This document shows positions 19,464-27,439 of a stretch of 64,000 bases of DNA, piece after piece. Every line of letters starts with the position of its first letter. Position 1 is the stretch's first letter. The DNA is from a virus. Location: positions 1 through 64,000 of IMG/VR virus record IMGVR_UViG_3300042465_009257, one strand, 5' to 3'. The translations under genes and the position numbers were made by a program. The notes beneath the pieces were generated by a model that was given only the letters and a program-made list of their open reading frames with translations, was not told the DNA's origin and made no database searches.

Positions 19464-19670
19464 TTAATTTTTAAAATAATCTCTTATAGAGCCTCTTACA
19501 GTAGCTTTTATAGAATCGTTTACAGCGCTCTCTACAGAATCTCTTGCAGAATCCCATACAGGACACCGTACAAACCCCTCTATATAATGCCATGCAGAGT
19601 CCCTTGCAGAATTTTCTACAGAATCCATTACAGACTCCAATGTATTTTCATAAACGATAGAATAATTCAT
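19464..19670 (-). CDS. SVxx-repeat array protein
   Basis: ends DYFKN. Confidence 0.75.
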   Translation of the reverse strand: MNYSIVYENTLESVMDSVENSARDSAWHYIEGFVRCPVWDSARDSVESAVNDSIKATVRGSIRDYFKN

Positions 19671-19906
19671 TGCTTTATTTTATCTGAGTTCGTTTGAAAG
19701 TAATCTTTTGCAGAATCTCTTACAAAATTTGAGACAGAAGTCCTTACAGATCCTCGTATAGAATCCCATACAGATCGTTCTACAGAATCCACTACAAAAT
19801 CCCATACAGAACCCCTTACAGAATCCCATACAGAACCCCTTACAGAATCCCATACAGAGTTCCATAGCGCTTTCTTTTCAGTTTCAAAATCTATAGATTC
19901 ATTCAT
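19667..19906 (-). CDS. SVxx-repeat array protein
   Basis: SVWDSVRG units; DYFQTNSDKIKQ. Confidence 0.75.
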   Translation of the reverse strand: MNESIDFETEKKALWNSVWDSVRGSVWDSVRGSVWDFVVDSVERSVWDSIRGSVRTSVSNFVRDSAKDYFQTNSDKIKQ

Positions 19907-20100
19907 TTTGTTTTAAAGTAATCTCTTGCAGACACATCTACAGAGTCCAATATAGAATCTGATATAGGGTCCCATACGGAACGCCATACGGAACGCCATA
20001 CAAGACCCTTTACAGCACCTCGTACAGCTTTATCTACAGAACCCTCTACAGTATTCTCTACAAAATCCCATACAGCCTCGAAAACGGTAGATTCATTCAT
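19903..20100 (-). CDS. SVxx-repeat array protein
   Basis: ends DYFKTK. Confidence 0.75.
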   Translation of the reverse strand: MNESTVFEAVWDFVENTVEGSVDKAVRGAVKGLVWRSVWRSVWDPISDSILDSVDVSARDYFKTK

Positions 20101-20252
20101 TGCTTTATTATATTAGAATTCGTTTGAAAGTAATCTTCTACAGAATCATATACAGAATCCCTTACAGAACTCCATGTAGAACCCCATATCGAATCCCTTA
20201 CGGAATCCCATACAGCTTTCCTTACAGCTTCAGCAACGGTAGAATTATTCAT
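20097..20252 (-). CDS. SVxx-repeat array protein (51 aa, not in ORF track)
   Basis: MNNSTVAEAVRKAVWDSVRD...DYFQTNSNIIKQ; paralog of 18403-18594. Confidence 0.7.
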   Translation of the reverse strand: MNNSTVAEAVRKAVWDSVRDSIWGSTWSSVRDSVYDSVEDYFQTNSNIIKQ

Positions 20253-20460
20253 TTTGTTTAAAGTAATCTTTTACAGCATTCCATACAAAGTCATGTATAC
20301 TATCTGTTTCAGAATAATAATTTAAGATATCTTCTACATCATGCCTTGCCCGCCAATGTAGAGATTTATAAGCTTCATCTTCTATAATTTGCTGTGCATT
20401 ATCACATACAGCATTTCTCGCATTATGCCACACTAAATATCTAATGCTATTATCTTTCAT
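20245..20460 (-). CDS. divergent array protein
   Basis: ends VKDYFKQNE. Confidence 0.7.
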   Translation of the reverse strand: MKDNSIRYLVWHNARNAVCDNAQQIIEDEAYKSLHWRARHDVEDILNYYSETDSIHDFVWNAVKDYFKQNE

Positions 20461-20708
20461 TCTGTTTCAAAATAATCTCTCGTAGCATTTTCTGATGCGG
20501 CAAATACAGATCCCACTATTGCACGGCTCGAACGATCTGTCAATGCAGCAATCGTTAAATTTCTTAGCGCGTTAAATCTTACAGCATAACCAGTAGTATT
20601 AAATAGAGTATCATACATAGAAGCTCTAAAACTTTTCCATATAGAATTCTCTATAGAATTTAGTACTGTTTCAGTAATAAAAGTTTTAGTAATAAGGAAA
20701 TCATTCAT
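20457..20708 (-). CDS. divergent array protein
   Basis: start trimmed to MNDFLIT; DYFETE. Confidence 0.7.
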   Translation of the reverse strand: MNDFLITKTFITETVLNSIENSIWKSFRASMYDTLFNTTGYAVRFNALRNLTIAALTDRSSRAIVGSVFAASENATRDYFETE

Positions 20709-20941
20709 TGCTTTATCCATTTTTGATTGAAGTAATTACTTACAGAGTTTGCTATGGAAATCTCTATAGACAGTTTTACCGTGTCCCATACGGCATTTCT
20801 GATGTATTTACCCGCAGCAGTCCATGCCTTATATTCTACAGAAGCATCTATATTATCTAACATGAGATATGCTACAGAATTAGACACTAATTTTGACGGA
20901 GAATATCTTACATTCTCTCTTATAGTTTTATTCGTTTTCAA
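20705..20941 (-). CDS. array protein with ACG at the usual start position
   Basis: NYFNQK end; junction reads AAACGAATAA instead of AAATGAATAA. Confidence 0.6.
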   Translation of the reverse strand: MKTNKTIRENVRYSPSKLVSNSVAYLMLDNIDASVEYKAWTAAGKYIRNAVWDTVKLSIEISIANSVSNYFNQKWIKQ

Positions 20942-21107
20942 AGCAACTTCTTACAGAATCTCTTACTAACGTTTCGATATTCCACTGAGAATTCCAAGCA
21001 TGCTTAATTACAGAGGACCATAAAGAATCATCTACAAAATCCTTTCCAGAAATACCTATACAATAACTCGGGCAAATCAAGGTGTAATACCTTATTTTAG
21101 TATTCAT
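20928..21107 (-). CDS. array protein (59 aa, not in ORF track)
   Basis: MNTKIRY...VRDSVRSCFENE. Confidence 0.65.
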   Translation of the reverse strand: MNTKIRYYTLICPSYCIGISGKDFVDDSLWSSVIKHAWNSQWNIETLVRDSVRSCFENE

Positions 21108-21306
21108 TTTTAAAGTAATCTTTTGCAGAGATTTCTACACTCGTTATTATAGAAGTCTCTGGAGTATTCCATATAGAATTCCAAGTAGAATCTCTCACGC
21201 CATCTTTTACAGAATCTTTGACTGACTTCCTGACAGCATCCCAAGCAGATTCTTTAATAGCAAAATACACATCGAGCAGCACAGAATTATTTAATTGATT
21301 ATTCAT
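21097..21306 (-). CDS. SVxx-repeat array protein
   Basis: ends DYFKNEY. Confidence 0.75.
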   Translation of the reverse strand: MNNQLNNSVLLDVYFAIKESAWDAVRKSVKDSVKDGVRDSTWNSIWNTPETSIITSVEISAKDYFKNEY

Positions 21307-21499
21307 TTTGTTTAAAGTAATCTTTTGCAGAATCTGCTACTAAAAGTCTTATAGAGTCTTTCCTCAATTCGTATAAAGAATCTTTCGCAGAATCCACTAC
21401 AAAATACTGTACAGAATTCCTTATAGAACTCCATATAGAATTCCCTACAGAAGTTGCTGTAGAACCCCATATAGCTTTATAAACGGCAGAATTATGCAT
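21299..21499 (-). CDS. SVxx-repeat array protein
   Basis: ends DYFKQNE. Confidence 0.75.
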   Translation of the reverse strand: MHNSAVYKAIWGSTATSVGNSIWSSIRNSVQYFVVDSAKDSLYELRKDSIRLLVADSAKDYFKQNE

Positions 21500-21698
21500 T
21501 TTGTTTAAAGTAGTCGTAAGAAGCTTGACTAATGCAATTTTTTATAATTTGTTGTGAATGCCAAGCGCTGCCCCATACTGGATGCCATACAGAAGTTGAT
21601 ACTCCATTCACAACAAACTTCCATACAGGATTATCTACTGATTTTGTCATAGACATTTGCACAGAAAAAGTAGTCATGTCACTTATTTTATTAATCAT
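21492..21698 (-). CDS. SVxx-repeat array protein
   Basis: ends DYFKQNA. Confidence 0.75.
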   Translation of the reverse strand: MINKISDMTTFSVQMSMTKSVDNPVWKFVVNGVSTSVWHPVWGSAWHSQQIIKNCISQASYDYFKQNA

Positions 21699-21700
21699 TT

Positions 21701-21931
21701 TTATTTGAGGCGATCTCTTACAGCATTTTCTATAGACTTATCTACAGAATCATTCACCGAAACTCTCAGAAAGTCGTCTATAGCATCATCTATCGATGAT
21801 ATTACAGAATTCTTTACAGAACTCACTACAGTAACCCAAATAGGCATCCACGTATATTCTTGTATAGCATCCTCTACAGCATCCCACACAAAATTTCTTA
21901 CAATGTTACCAGCTTTATTATCAAATTTCAT
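21701..21931 (-). CDS. SVxx-repeat array protein
   Basis: SV periodicity; ends VRDRLK. Confidence 0.7.
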   Translation of the reverse strand: MKFDNKAGNIVRNFVWDAVEDAIQEYTWMPIWVTVVSSVKNSVISSIDDAIDDFLRVSVNDSVDKSIENAVRDRLK

Positions 21932-21940
21932 AGCAGCTTA

Positions 21941-22168
21941 TTATTTACTTTCTTTAAAGTAATCTTGCACCGATAGCCATACAGCATCTCTTGCAGAGGT
22001 CTTTACGGTTTCCTCTACCGCATCCCATCCAAAGTCCCATACAGATGTGTTTATTACCCTTAGAGATCTTACTGTAGAACTATAAACAGATTCTCCTATA
22101 GCATCATATGCAAATTTCCATGTGTGGTCACATATGGCAAAATCTTTAACGGTTTTTTTATTATTCAT
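21941..22168 (-). CDS. SVxx-repeat array protein
   Basis: close paralog of 17485-17709; DYFKESK. Confidence 0.75.
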   Translation of the reverse strand: MNNKKTVKDFAICDHTWKFAYDAIGESVYSSTVRSLRVINTSVWDFGWDAVEETVKTSARDAVWLSVQDYFKESK

Positions 22169-22349
22169 TTTGCTTAAAGTAATCTCTTACAAACCCCCAC
22201 ATAGAATTTTTTATATTAGTCGAAACAGGATTTTCTACAGAATTAACCACATAAAGCCGAATATCAAGCGATGCCCCGCCAATCACATGAGGCCATAATA
22301 CAGGTGCCGCTACAAAATTATTTACAGAATATCCTATTTTATTATTCAT
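22161..22349 (-). CDS. array protein
   Basis: ends DYFKQNE. Confidence 0.7.
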   Translation of the reverse strand: MNNKIGYSVNNFVAAPVLWPHVIGGASLDIRLYVVNSVENPVSTNIKNSMWGFVRDYFKQNE

Positions 22350-22569
22350 TTGTTTTAAAGTAATCTAGCGCAGCGTCCTCTATACTAGACCAAGCATTTT
22401 CTATTACTAAACTCCTTACACGCTCTCCCGTCCAATCTCTTAGATTACTTCGTACAGAAGTACTGACACATCTCAACATAGGTTGTCTTAAATCATTACA
22501 CAGAGTATATCCTGGAGAATCTGCTACTGAATCTACAACACAACAGGTTTCGTTTAATGATTGGTGCAT
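22342..22569 (-). CDS. array protein (first member)
   Basis: ends DYFKTNE. Confidence 0.7.
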   Translation of the reverse strand: MHQSLNETCCVVDSVADSPGYTLCNDLRQPMLRCVSTSVRSNLRDWTGERVRSLVIENAWSSIEDAALDYFKTNE

Positions 22570-22589
22570 TATATTGAATGATGAAATGA

Positions 22590-22628
22590 AAAGACCCTCT
22601 GAAGAAATAAATACTTCAGAGGGTCTTT
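22590..22628 (-). terminator. 15-bp hairpin, probable intrinsic terminator or processing site
   Basis: AAAGACCCTCTGAAG-N9-CTTCAGAGGGTCTTT perfect inverted repeat followed by T-rich run on minus strand. Confidence 0.75.
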
Positions 22629-22640
22629 ATTTAGCTAAAA

Positions 22641-22979
22641 TCAATCAGCTACATTTCGTTTAGCCTGAGCGATGTAGTCATACTCTTGCTGAATCCCAAT
22701 CACATAAGTGCCAGGAACAATGTCAATAGTCGTATGGCGTTCAGACATTACACAGCTAATGTCGGTTGGCACCGTACTATTCATGTAACGTTTGCCAGTA
22801 GTCTTGGAGTTATAAAAAGTTACCCCAGGCTTATTCGCAATGACATGATGGTTTCCCGTAACTTCGCTGTTGGCGACGATGACTGATTTAGTGAGATGAG
22901 TCTCAGCAATAGCGTCATCAGGCAAGCCTGCGCACTGAGCTACGATACATTCACCGTGAAGGATGATTTTATTTTTCAT
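22641..22979 (-). CDS. His-motif beta protein typically adjacent to DUF6745 genes
   Basis: HGE..SEVTGNHH..H.TI...PG.Y....QQEYD......VAD pattern. Confidence 0.75.
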   Translation of the reverse strand: MKNKIILHGECIVAQCAGLPDDAIAETHLTKSVIVANSEVTGNHHVIANKPGVTFYNSKTTGKRYMNSTVPTDISCVMSERHTTIDIVPGTYVIGIQQEYDYIAQAKRNVAD

Positions 22980-22995
22980 ATATTTATTATTTAGA

Positions 22996-23952
22996 TTAAG
23001 CGATACCGACAATTTCGTGATCAGACAAATCAATGTCTCCAAGCCGTTCAGCAATTGCTTGTTTTAGAGTTTTGCATTCTGGGGATACACTTTCAACATG
23101 CCAGACTCCTACAGTCTGATTAAGCATCTTGAGATGAGGAGCATAAGGAATTCCTGGGAAAAGCACCGCCATATCCCACAACTCGTATTCACTCTTCGTC
23201 CACCAATCTTCATTATAGTTTTCGTAAGAATCAATCTTTTTGCCGAAAGAAAGCATACGCTCTACGCCGAATTTGCGAACGAACTCCATCTTGTGATCAG
23301 CATTCTCCAATTCGTTGTACTGATCAAGCGTAAGTTGACTACTAGGAGTCACCGCCAACCATTCAGGAACTCGCGTTCCATTGAGAATAAAGATTTTATT
23401 CAGACCGTATCCGTCGTAAGCAATGGCTGGCCCTCCATCACAATGAGTTACGTTATCTTCATTCAAATGAATCTCAGTAGGCTTCTGAGATACAACAACC
23501 GCAGTTGGCATTGGATAGATTTGGCCAAGCTTGTGAGTAGAGTGCCAAATAGCGTAATTTTCAGTAGCTTCTTTAAAATCAATTCCAACTTCATCTTTAA
23601 AGAAATCATAGAAACTCCAAACATTAGCGTCAAAGCTGCCATTGAGATAAGGCGTAGTATAAGTCTCAATAGTCATCTTGAGGCCCTTGACGAAATATTC
23701 CTCAACTTTAGCGGGAACATCTTTTACCTCAACGCCTTCTTTCAAGAAGTGACAAGCAACCCATGCTTCTACAGGATTATTAACAATAATAACTGGAGTC
23801 GGCTCAGTTTTGAGCAGGTTAATCTGCACTTTGTGGATGATATCTACAGTCTCATCATAGTCGAGACGATCAGTATTGATGCCAATTGCCAGCCACTTTT
23901 TGGTGTATTCTGGCATTTTAGCCGTCTGTTCGGGAGTAAGGGATTCGATCAT
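22996..23952 (-). CDS. DUF6745-like protein lacking internal low-complexity repeat
   Basis: MIESLTPEQ..KWLAIG N-terminus, WSFYDFF, HCDGGPAIAY, NGTRVP. Confidence 0.75.
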   Translation of the reverse strand: MIESLTPEQTAKMPEYTKKWLAIGINTDRLDYDETVDIIHKVQINLLKTEPTPVIIVNNPVEAWVACHFLKEGVEVKDVPAKVEEYFVKGLKMTIETYTTPYLNGSFDANVWSFYDFFKDEVGIDFKEATENYAIWHSTHKLGQIYPMPTAVVVSQKPTEIHLNEDNVTHCDGGPAIAYDGYGLNKIFILNGTRVPEWLAVTPSSQLTLDQYNELENADHKMEFVRKFGVERMLSFGKKIDSYENYNEDWWTKSEYELWDMAVLFPGIPYAPHLKMLNQTVGVWHVESVSPECKTLKQAIAERLGDIDLSDHEIVGIA

Positions 23953-24025
23953 TTGTTTATTTAGTTTGTTGCTGTTGTTTTTGTTGTTACTCTACACTTT
24001 AATAGTACATCTTATTCTGAGAAAG

Positions 24026-25060
24026 TCAAGCGATTTCTTTGATTTTCTTATTCGTCCTAATTGCTCTTGCGCAAGCGGCAATCGCCCGATCCCGATCCGA
24101 AAAAGTTTTAGCTTCCTCCAAAATTTCTGAAACGGTTGCACTTTCTTGCCCTGGGAAAAAACGATCTCGGAAAGCCAGTGTCCCCTCTTGACAGTTTCCA
24201 GCTTTAATCGAATCAGAAATCCGCACAGAAATATCAGAATATCCATTGGGATTATTATCCCGCAACATTTGCATCAAGCGACTTTCTTTCTTTTCTAGCT
24301 CCTTCTCAGTTTCGCGGCGTTTCAAAACACCTCGGCAAGCTCCGATAGTTTTTCCATGCGCCGTTTCATTTCCACGCCGCAAAATAAATCCATATTCTGT
24401 CACCAAAGAAATTCCTTGGCCTTTGCGGACCCACTTCGCGGCCCAACACTCATCTCCATTTTCTTCAAATTGTTTTTCTGCCCACAAGGCAACCATTCCA
24501 GCATTTGCGCGAACCCAATCAGGAGCTTTCCGCAAACTTGGGTGACAATTAATAGAATAAGAATAAACCGATTTTTGGTAACGGCAAGCTCTCGAATACC
24601 TTTCGGCTTTAACGGAAATTTGAACAGAGCAGTTTTCTTTTTTATTCTGCCAAGTTGTTTTGTTTTGCCCCGTATGGGCTGCGGACAAAAGAGAATCAAT
24701 TTTAGAATTTGGGTCGAAACCGACTAATTGATTTTCCCAGCGTTTTTGAATAGGCAGTCCTTTGCCAATTTGTTTTTGCCGATAACCCAAACAGGGGAAA
24801 TCCGTCTTTCCATTGCTCATAAAATTCCGTCTATCAGACCTTACCGGAATCCTAGTATTTTTCATCTTTTGTGCCTCAAATTGCGCACCTAAGACTAATT
24901 TTTCAAACTCTGCAACTGTTACGCCTTTCCGCCTAAAAGCTTTAACTTCTAGCATTTTTTTCGCAGTCGGACGATATCCCATCGCAAAAATTTCCCGAAT
25001 TGCGGCGTGACCAGCTTTCTTTGTTTTCCCTAAGGCTTTTCTGATGTATAGTGTCTTCAT
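24026..25060 (-). CDS. hypothetical phage protein
   Basis: 344-aa ORF, DSIKAGNCQEG motif; TTGACT-N16-TAGAGT upstream. Confidence 0.7.
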   Translation of the reverse strand: MKTLYIRKALGKTKKAGHAAIREIFAMGYRPTAKKMLEVKAFRRKGVTVAEFEKLVLGAQFEAQKMKNTRIPVRSDRRNFMSNGKTDFPCLGYRQKQIGKGLPIQKRWENQLVGFDPNSKIDSLLSAAHTGQNKTTWQNKKENCSVQISVKAERYSRACRYQKSVYSYSINCHPSLRKAPDWVRANAGMVALWAEKQFEENGDECWAAKWVRKGQGISLVTEYGFILRRGNETAHGKTIGACRGVLKRRETEKELEKKESRLMQMLRDNNPNGYSDISVRISDSIKAGNCQEGTLAFRDRFFPGQESATVSEILEEAKTFSDRDRAIAACARAIRTNKKIKEIA

Positions 25061-25112
25061 TGTTCTTTACTCTACACGGATTTAAAAGAAAGTCAATTAC
25101 TTTTTTTAATTA

Positions 25113-25140
25113 TTTCCTAAAATCTCAAAATTGATGTAAT
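25113..25140 (+). promoter_or_regulatory. class II (putative late) promoter
   Basis: TTTCC-N17-TGTAAT, ATG 10 nt downstream. Confidence 0.7.
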
Positions 25141-25150
25141 AGATATTACA

Positions 25151-25480
25151 ATGACTTGGTTCTCTTTCTTCTTCCCCTCTGTGGAGATTAAAATCAGAAA
25201 ACTTGCATCGAAATTAAACCTAAAATATAATACCTGTATGGCCCTTACAACTGAACAATCTGTCGCCGTAATTGAAACCGCAATTGCTGCCCTTACCGAT
25301 CTAAAAACTGAAGCGAAAGCTGCCCAAGATGCACTTGCACCATTGGCCGCTGATAATGAAGCTCTTACCGCTATTGTTTCCCAGCTAAATGAAGCGGATG
25401 CTGCTGTAGATACGAAACTTGAAGAACTTGCGGCTTTACTCGCCCCTGCTCCTGAAGAGCCTGTCGCCCCTACCGAATAA
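25151..25480 (+). CDS. Ala/Glu-rich coiled-coil protein; alternative in-frame start at 25238
   Basis: heptad-like acidic helix; nested TTGCAT-N17-TATAAT before second ATG. Confidence 0.7.
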   Translation: MTWFSFFFPSVEIKIRKLASKLNLKYNTCMALTTEQSVAVIETAIAALTDLKTEAKAAQDALAPLAADNEALTAIVSQLNEADAAVDTKLEELAALLAPAPEEPVAPTE

Positions 25481-25499
25481 AAATAATAAATTAAATCTT

Positions 25500-25530
25500 A
25501 CCCGGCTAGAGCTTTCTAGCCGGGTTTTTT
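25500..25530 (+). terminator. intrinsic terminator
   Basis: ACCCGGCTAGA-gctt-TCTAGCCGGGT followed by T-run. Confidence 0.85.
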
Positions 25531-25560
25531 ATTTAGTTGTTGCTGCTCCCATCCGCAAAA

Positions 25561-25836
25561 TCAATATTTGCCGATTTTTGGGTACACATAGTCAATAAGG
25601 AGTTCAGCCTTGTCCATAATATTTTTTAACCTTTCCTTATTTTCTTTATTCTTATCATAATTAATAACGCTTTCGATTTCTATCCGCAAATCATTCAAAT
25701 GATTCTCGTAAGCGCTTTTCTGCAAATTAATTGCCAATTCAGTCCCATCGTAGTTTAAAAATGGAGCAGCAATTTCTGAAATCTTAACGAATTCTTTGCA
25801 AATTTCTAAAAATGGGCGGTATAGTTTAGTTTCCAT
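25561..25836 (-). CDS. hypothetical protein
   Basis: 91-aa ORF. Confidence 0.6.
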   Translation of the reverse strand: METKLYRPFLEICKEFVKISEIAAPFLNYDGTELAINLQKSAYENHLNDLRIEIESVINYDKNKENKERLKNIMDKAELLIDYVYPKIGKY

Positions 25837-25888
25837 TTTGATTTTTTATAATTTGTGCGGCGGCTGAAATAGGAAGGATGATTATAAA

Positions 25889-27070
25889 TTAATTCCTGCC
25901 ATTCCCGAAAATGTTCATACTCCGAACTTCTTTCTTTTTAATTCCCGTTTCTTCAGGATTATAAATTTCTGCCAAAGTCATTGCCTTGCCTTGCGGTTCA
26001 CGGCCCAATTTCACCAACAGTCTATCGGCTTCATTCGGTTTTAACGGCTGAAACTCATGGAAGAATTTTAAGCGGCCAGGCCGCAAAAGAGCAGAATCAA
26101 TTGAATCTTTTCCGGAATTCATTGTAGCGAAAATCTTAATCTTTAGGATATCCCCCAAAATTCCATCGGACATGTTCAAAATTGTACTGACTCCATTTGA
26201 GCCAGTATCCTCTCGTGAACGAAGGGCATTCTCTGCATCTTCAATAAAAATAATCTGAATTCCTTGATTAGTTAAAAAGGGTAGAAATTCGGCATCTCCA
26301 AGGCAATGACTCATCCCTGGTTGAATGAAAAGAATCTTTTGGCTAGATAAGTTTTGAATCAGATATTTCATTAGAGATGTTTTCCCTAATCCTGGCGCAG
26401 ATGCCATAATATATAATCCATTTGTTTCTTTTTTAAGAGATTCTATCAATCTCTCATAAATTGGAACGAAATCATCTCCGTAATTTAGAGGGATATCGCA
26501 AACAAAATCTTTGGAGATTTCGTGATCTTTCAGATAGAATCCGCCTTGATTCCGGTAAAGAAGATAAATTTTATTTTTATGAACTGTTTCTTTAACGTAT
26601 TCAAATTTGGACTGAACTCGCTTGATTATCTTTTGAGCTTCTGCCTTGCTTTCATTGGCGTAATAAAATTCAGCAATACATGGTTCACGATAACCTACGA
26701 AAACCCAAATTTTATGGCCGACTTCGCGGAGTTCACAGCGAGTTCTCGGCGCGAACATAAAATCAGGCTCTGTATATAAATCTCCGTAGCTTGGAGAGTC
26801 ATAGCCCATGAAAAAAGAAGAATACTCTTTTAGTAGCGGATATGGTTCTAGAAATTTTTCGATACCTTCACTCAATTCTTCTAGCCGCATGATATTTGGC
26901 GGCTCAAAGTGAATATTTTCGAAATGAACGAAACAGTCAAAATGCTTGGTTCTCAAAAAAGATTCATGTTGAGGAGCCTTCGCCATCTCCTTAAACACGG
27001 ACTGACTTTTAGTTTTCTTTTTATTTTTATCCGCCAAAGCTTTTGCAACTTTATTCAATAATTTTGACAT
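25889..27070 (-). CDS. AAA+ ATPase
   Basis: Walker A APGLGKT, Walker B IFIEDAE, SRH DSALLRPGR. Confidence 0.85.
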   Translation of the reverse strand: MSKLLNKVAKALADKNKKKTKSQSVFKEMAKAPQHESFLRTKHFDCFVHFENIHFEPPNIMRLEELSEGIEKFLEPYPLLKEYSSFFMGYDSPSYGDLYTEPDFMFAPRTRCELREVGHKIWVFVGYREPCIAEFYYANESKAEAQKIIKRVQSKFEYVKETVHKNKIYLLYRNQGGFYLKDHEISKDFVCDIPLNYGDDFVPIYERLIESLKKETNGLYIMASAPGLGKTSLMKYLIQNLSSQKILFIQPGMSHCLGDAEFLPFLTNQGIQIIFIEDAENALRSREDTGSNGVSTILNMSDGILGDILKIKIFATMNSGKDSIDSALLRPGRLKFFHEFQPLKPNEADRLLVKLGREPQGKAMTLAEIYNPEETGIKKKEVRSMNIFGNGRN

Positions 27071-27076
27071 ATTATA

Positions 27077-27373
27077 TTAAATTTCTTTTTCGGAAATATT
27101 TAATGTTTCTAAAGCTAATAGTTTTTGAGCAGGCTCCAAGCGAGACCACATATTATCCCTATCCTCTACTGAAATTTTAGCCCAAGCCTGAACTGCACGA
27201 AAAATTGGATCGAAAAGAGACTGGACGATTAATCCGCCGACCGTATTTTCATATTCTTCTTGAGTCAAGTTCCTCACATTATTATTGCCCAAAAGACAGA
27301 TGTTGATGACTTTGCCGTTTAGAGTAAGTTTTCCTTCAAATGAGCAACCTTCAGAGTCAAAATTAAGATTCAT
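27077..27373 (-). CDS. hypothetical protein
   Basis: 98-aa ORF. Confidence 0.6.
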   Translation of the reverse strand: MNLNFDSEGCSFEGKLTLNGKVINICLLGNNNVRNLTQEEYENTVGGLIVQSLFDPIFRAVQAWAKISVEDRDNMWSRLEPAQKLLALETLNISEKEI

Positions 27374-27439
27374 TATTTTTTAATTAAAAGTTTATAGGGC
27401 AGGGATTGAACTTGCCCTCTATAATATTACCTACGAAAC

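Larger units (their letters stand above)
14862..22569 (-). repeat. tandem array of about 32 paralogous S-V-x-x repeat mini-genes
   Basis: 12-nt TCTGTA periodicity; shared MN(x)S/I start and DYFKQ end; conserved GATTACTTTAAACAAAATGA junction. Confidence 0.9.

Noticed and set aside
15092-19865. Alternative-frame ORFs with YRIP, LQNP or FCxx repeats
   Set aside because: Shadow frames of the TCTGTA 12-nt periodicity; only the SVxx frame has conserved starts, ends and coupled junctions.
14862-22569. CRISPR array or DGR interpretation of the repeats
   Set aside because: No identical repeat-spacer alternation, no cas genes, no reverse transcriptase and no evident adenine-specific template/variable pair; variation respects codon frame.
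23098-23964. 288-aa plus-strand ORF
   Set aside because: Fully antisense to the DUF6745-like gene, no motifs and no class II promoter.
27392-27423. T-loop-like hairpin (GTTCAATC) suggesting a tRNA
   Set aside because: No D or anticodon arm; more simply an intergenic terminator or stability hairpin.
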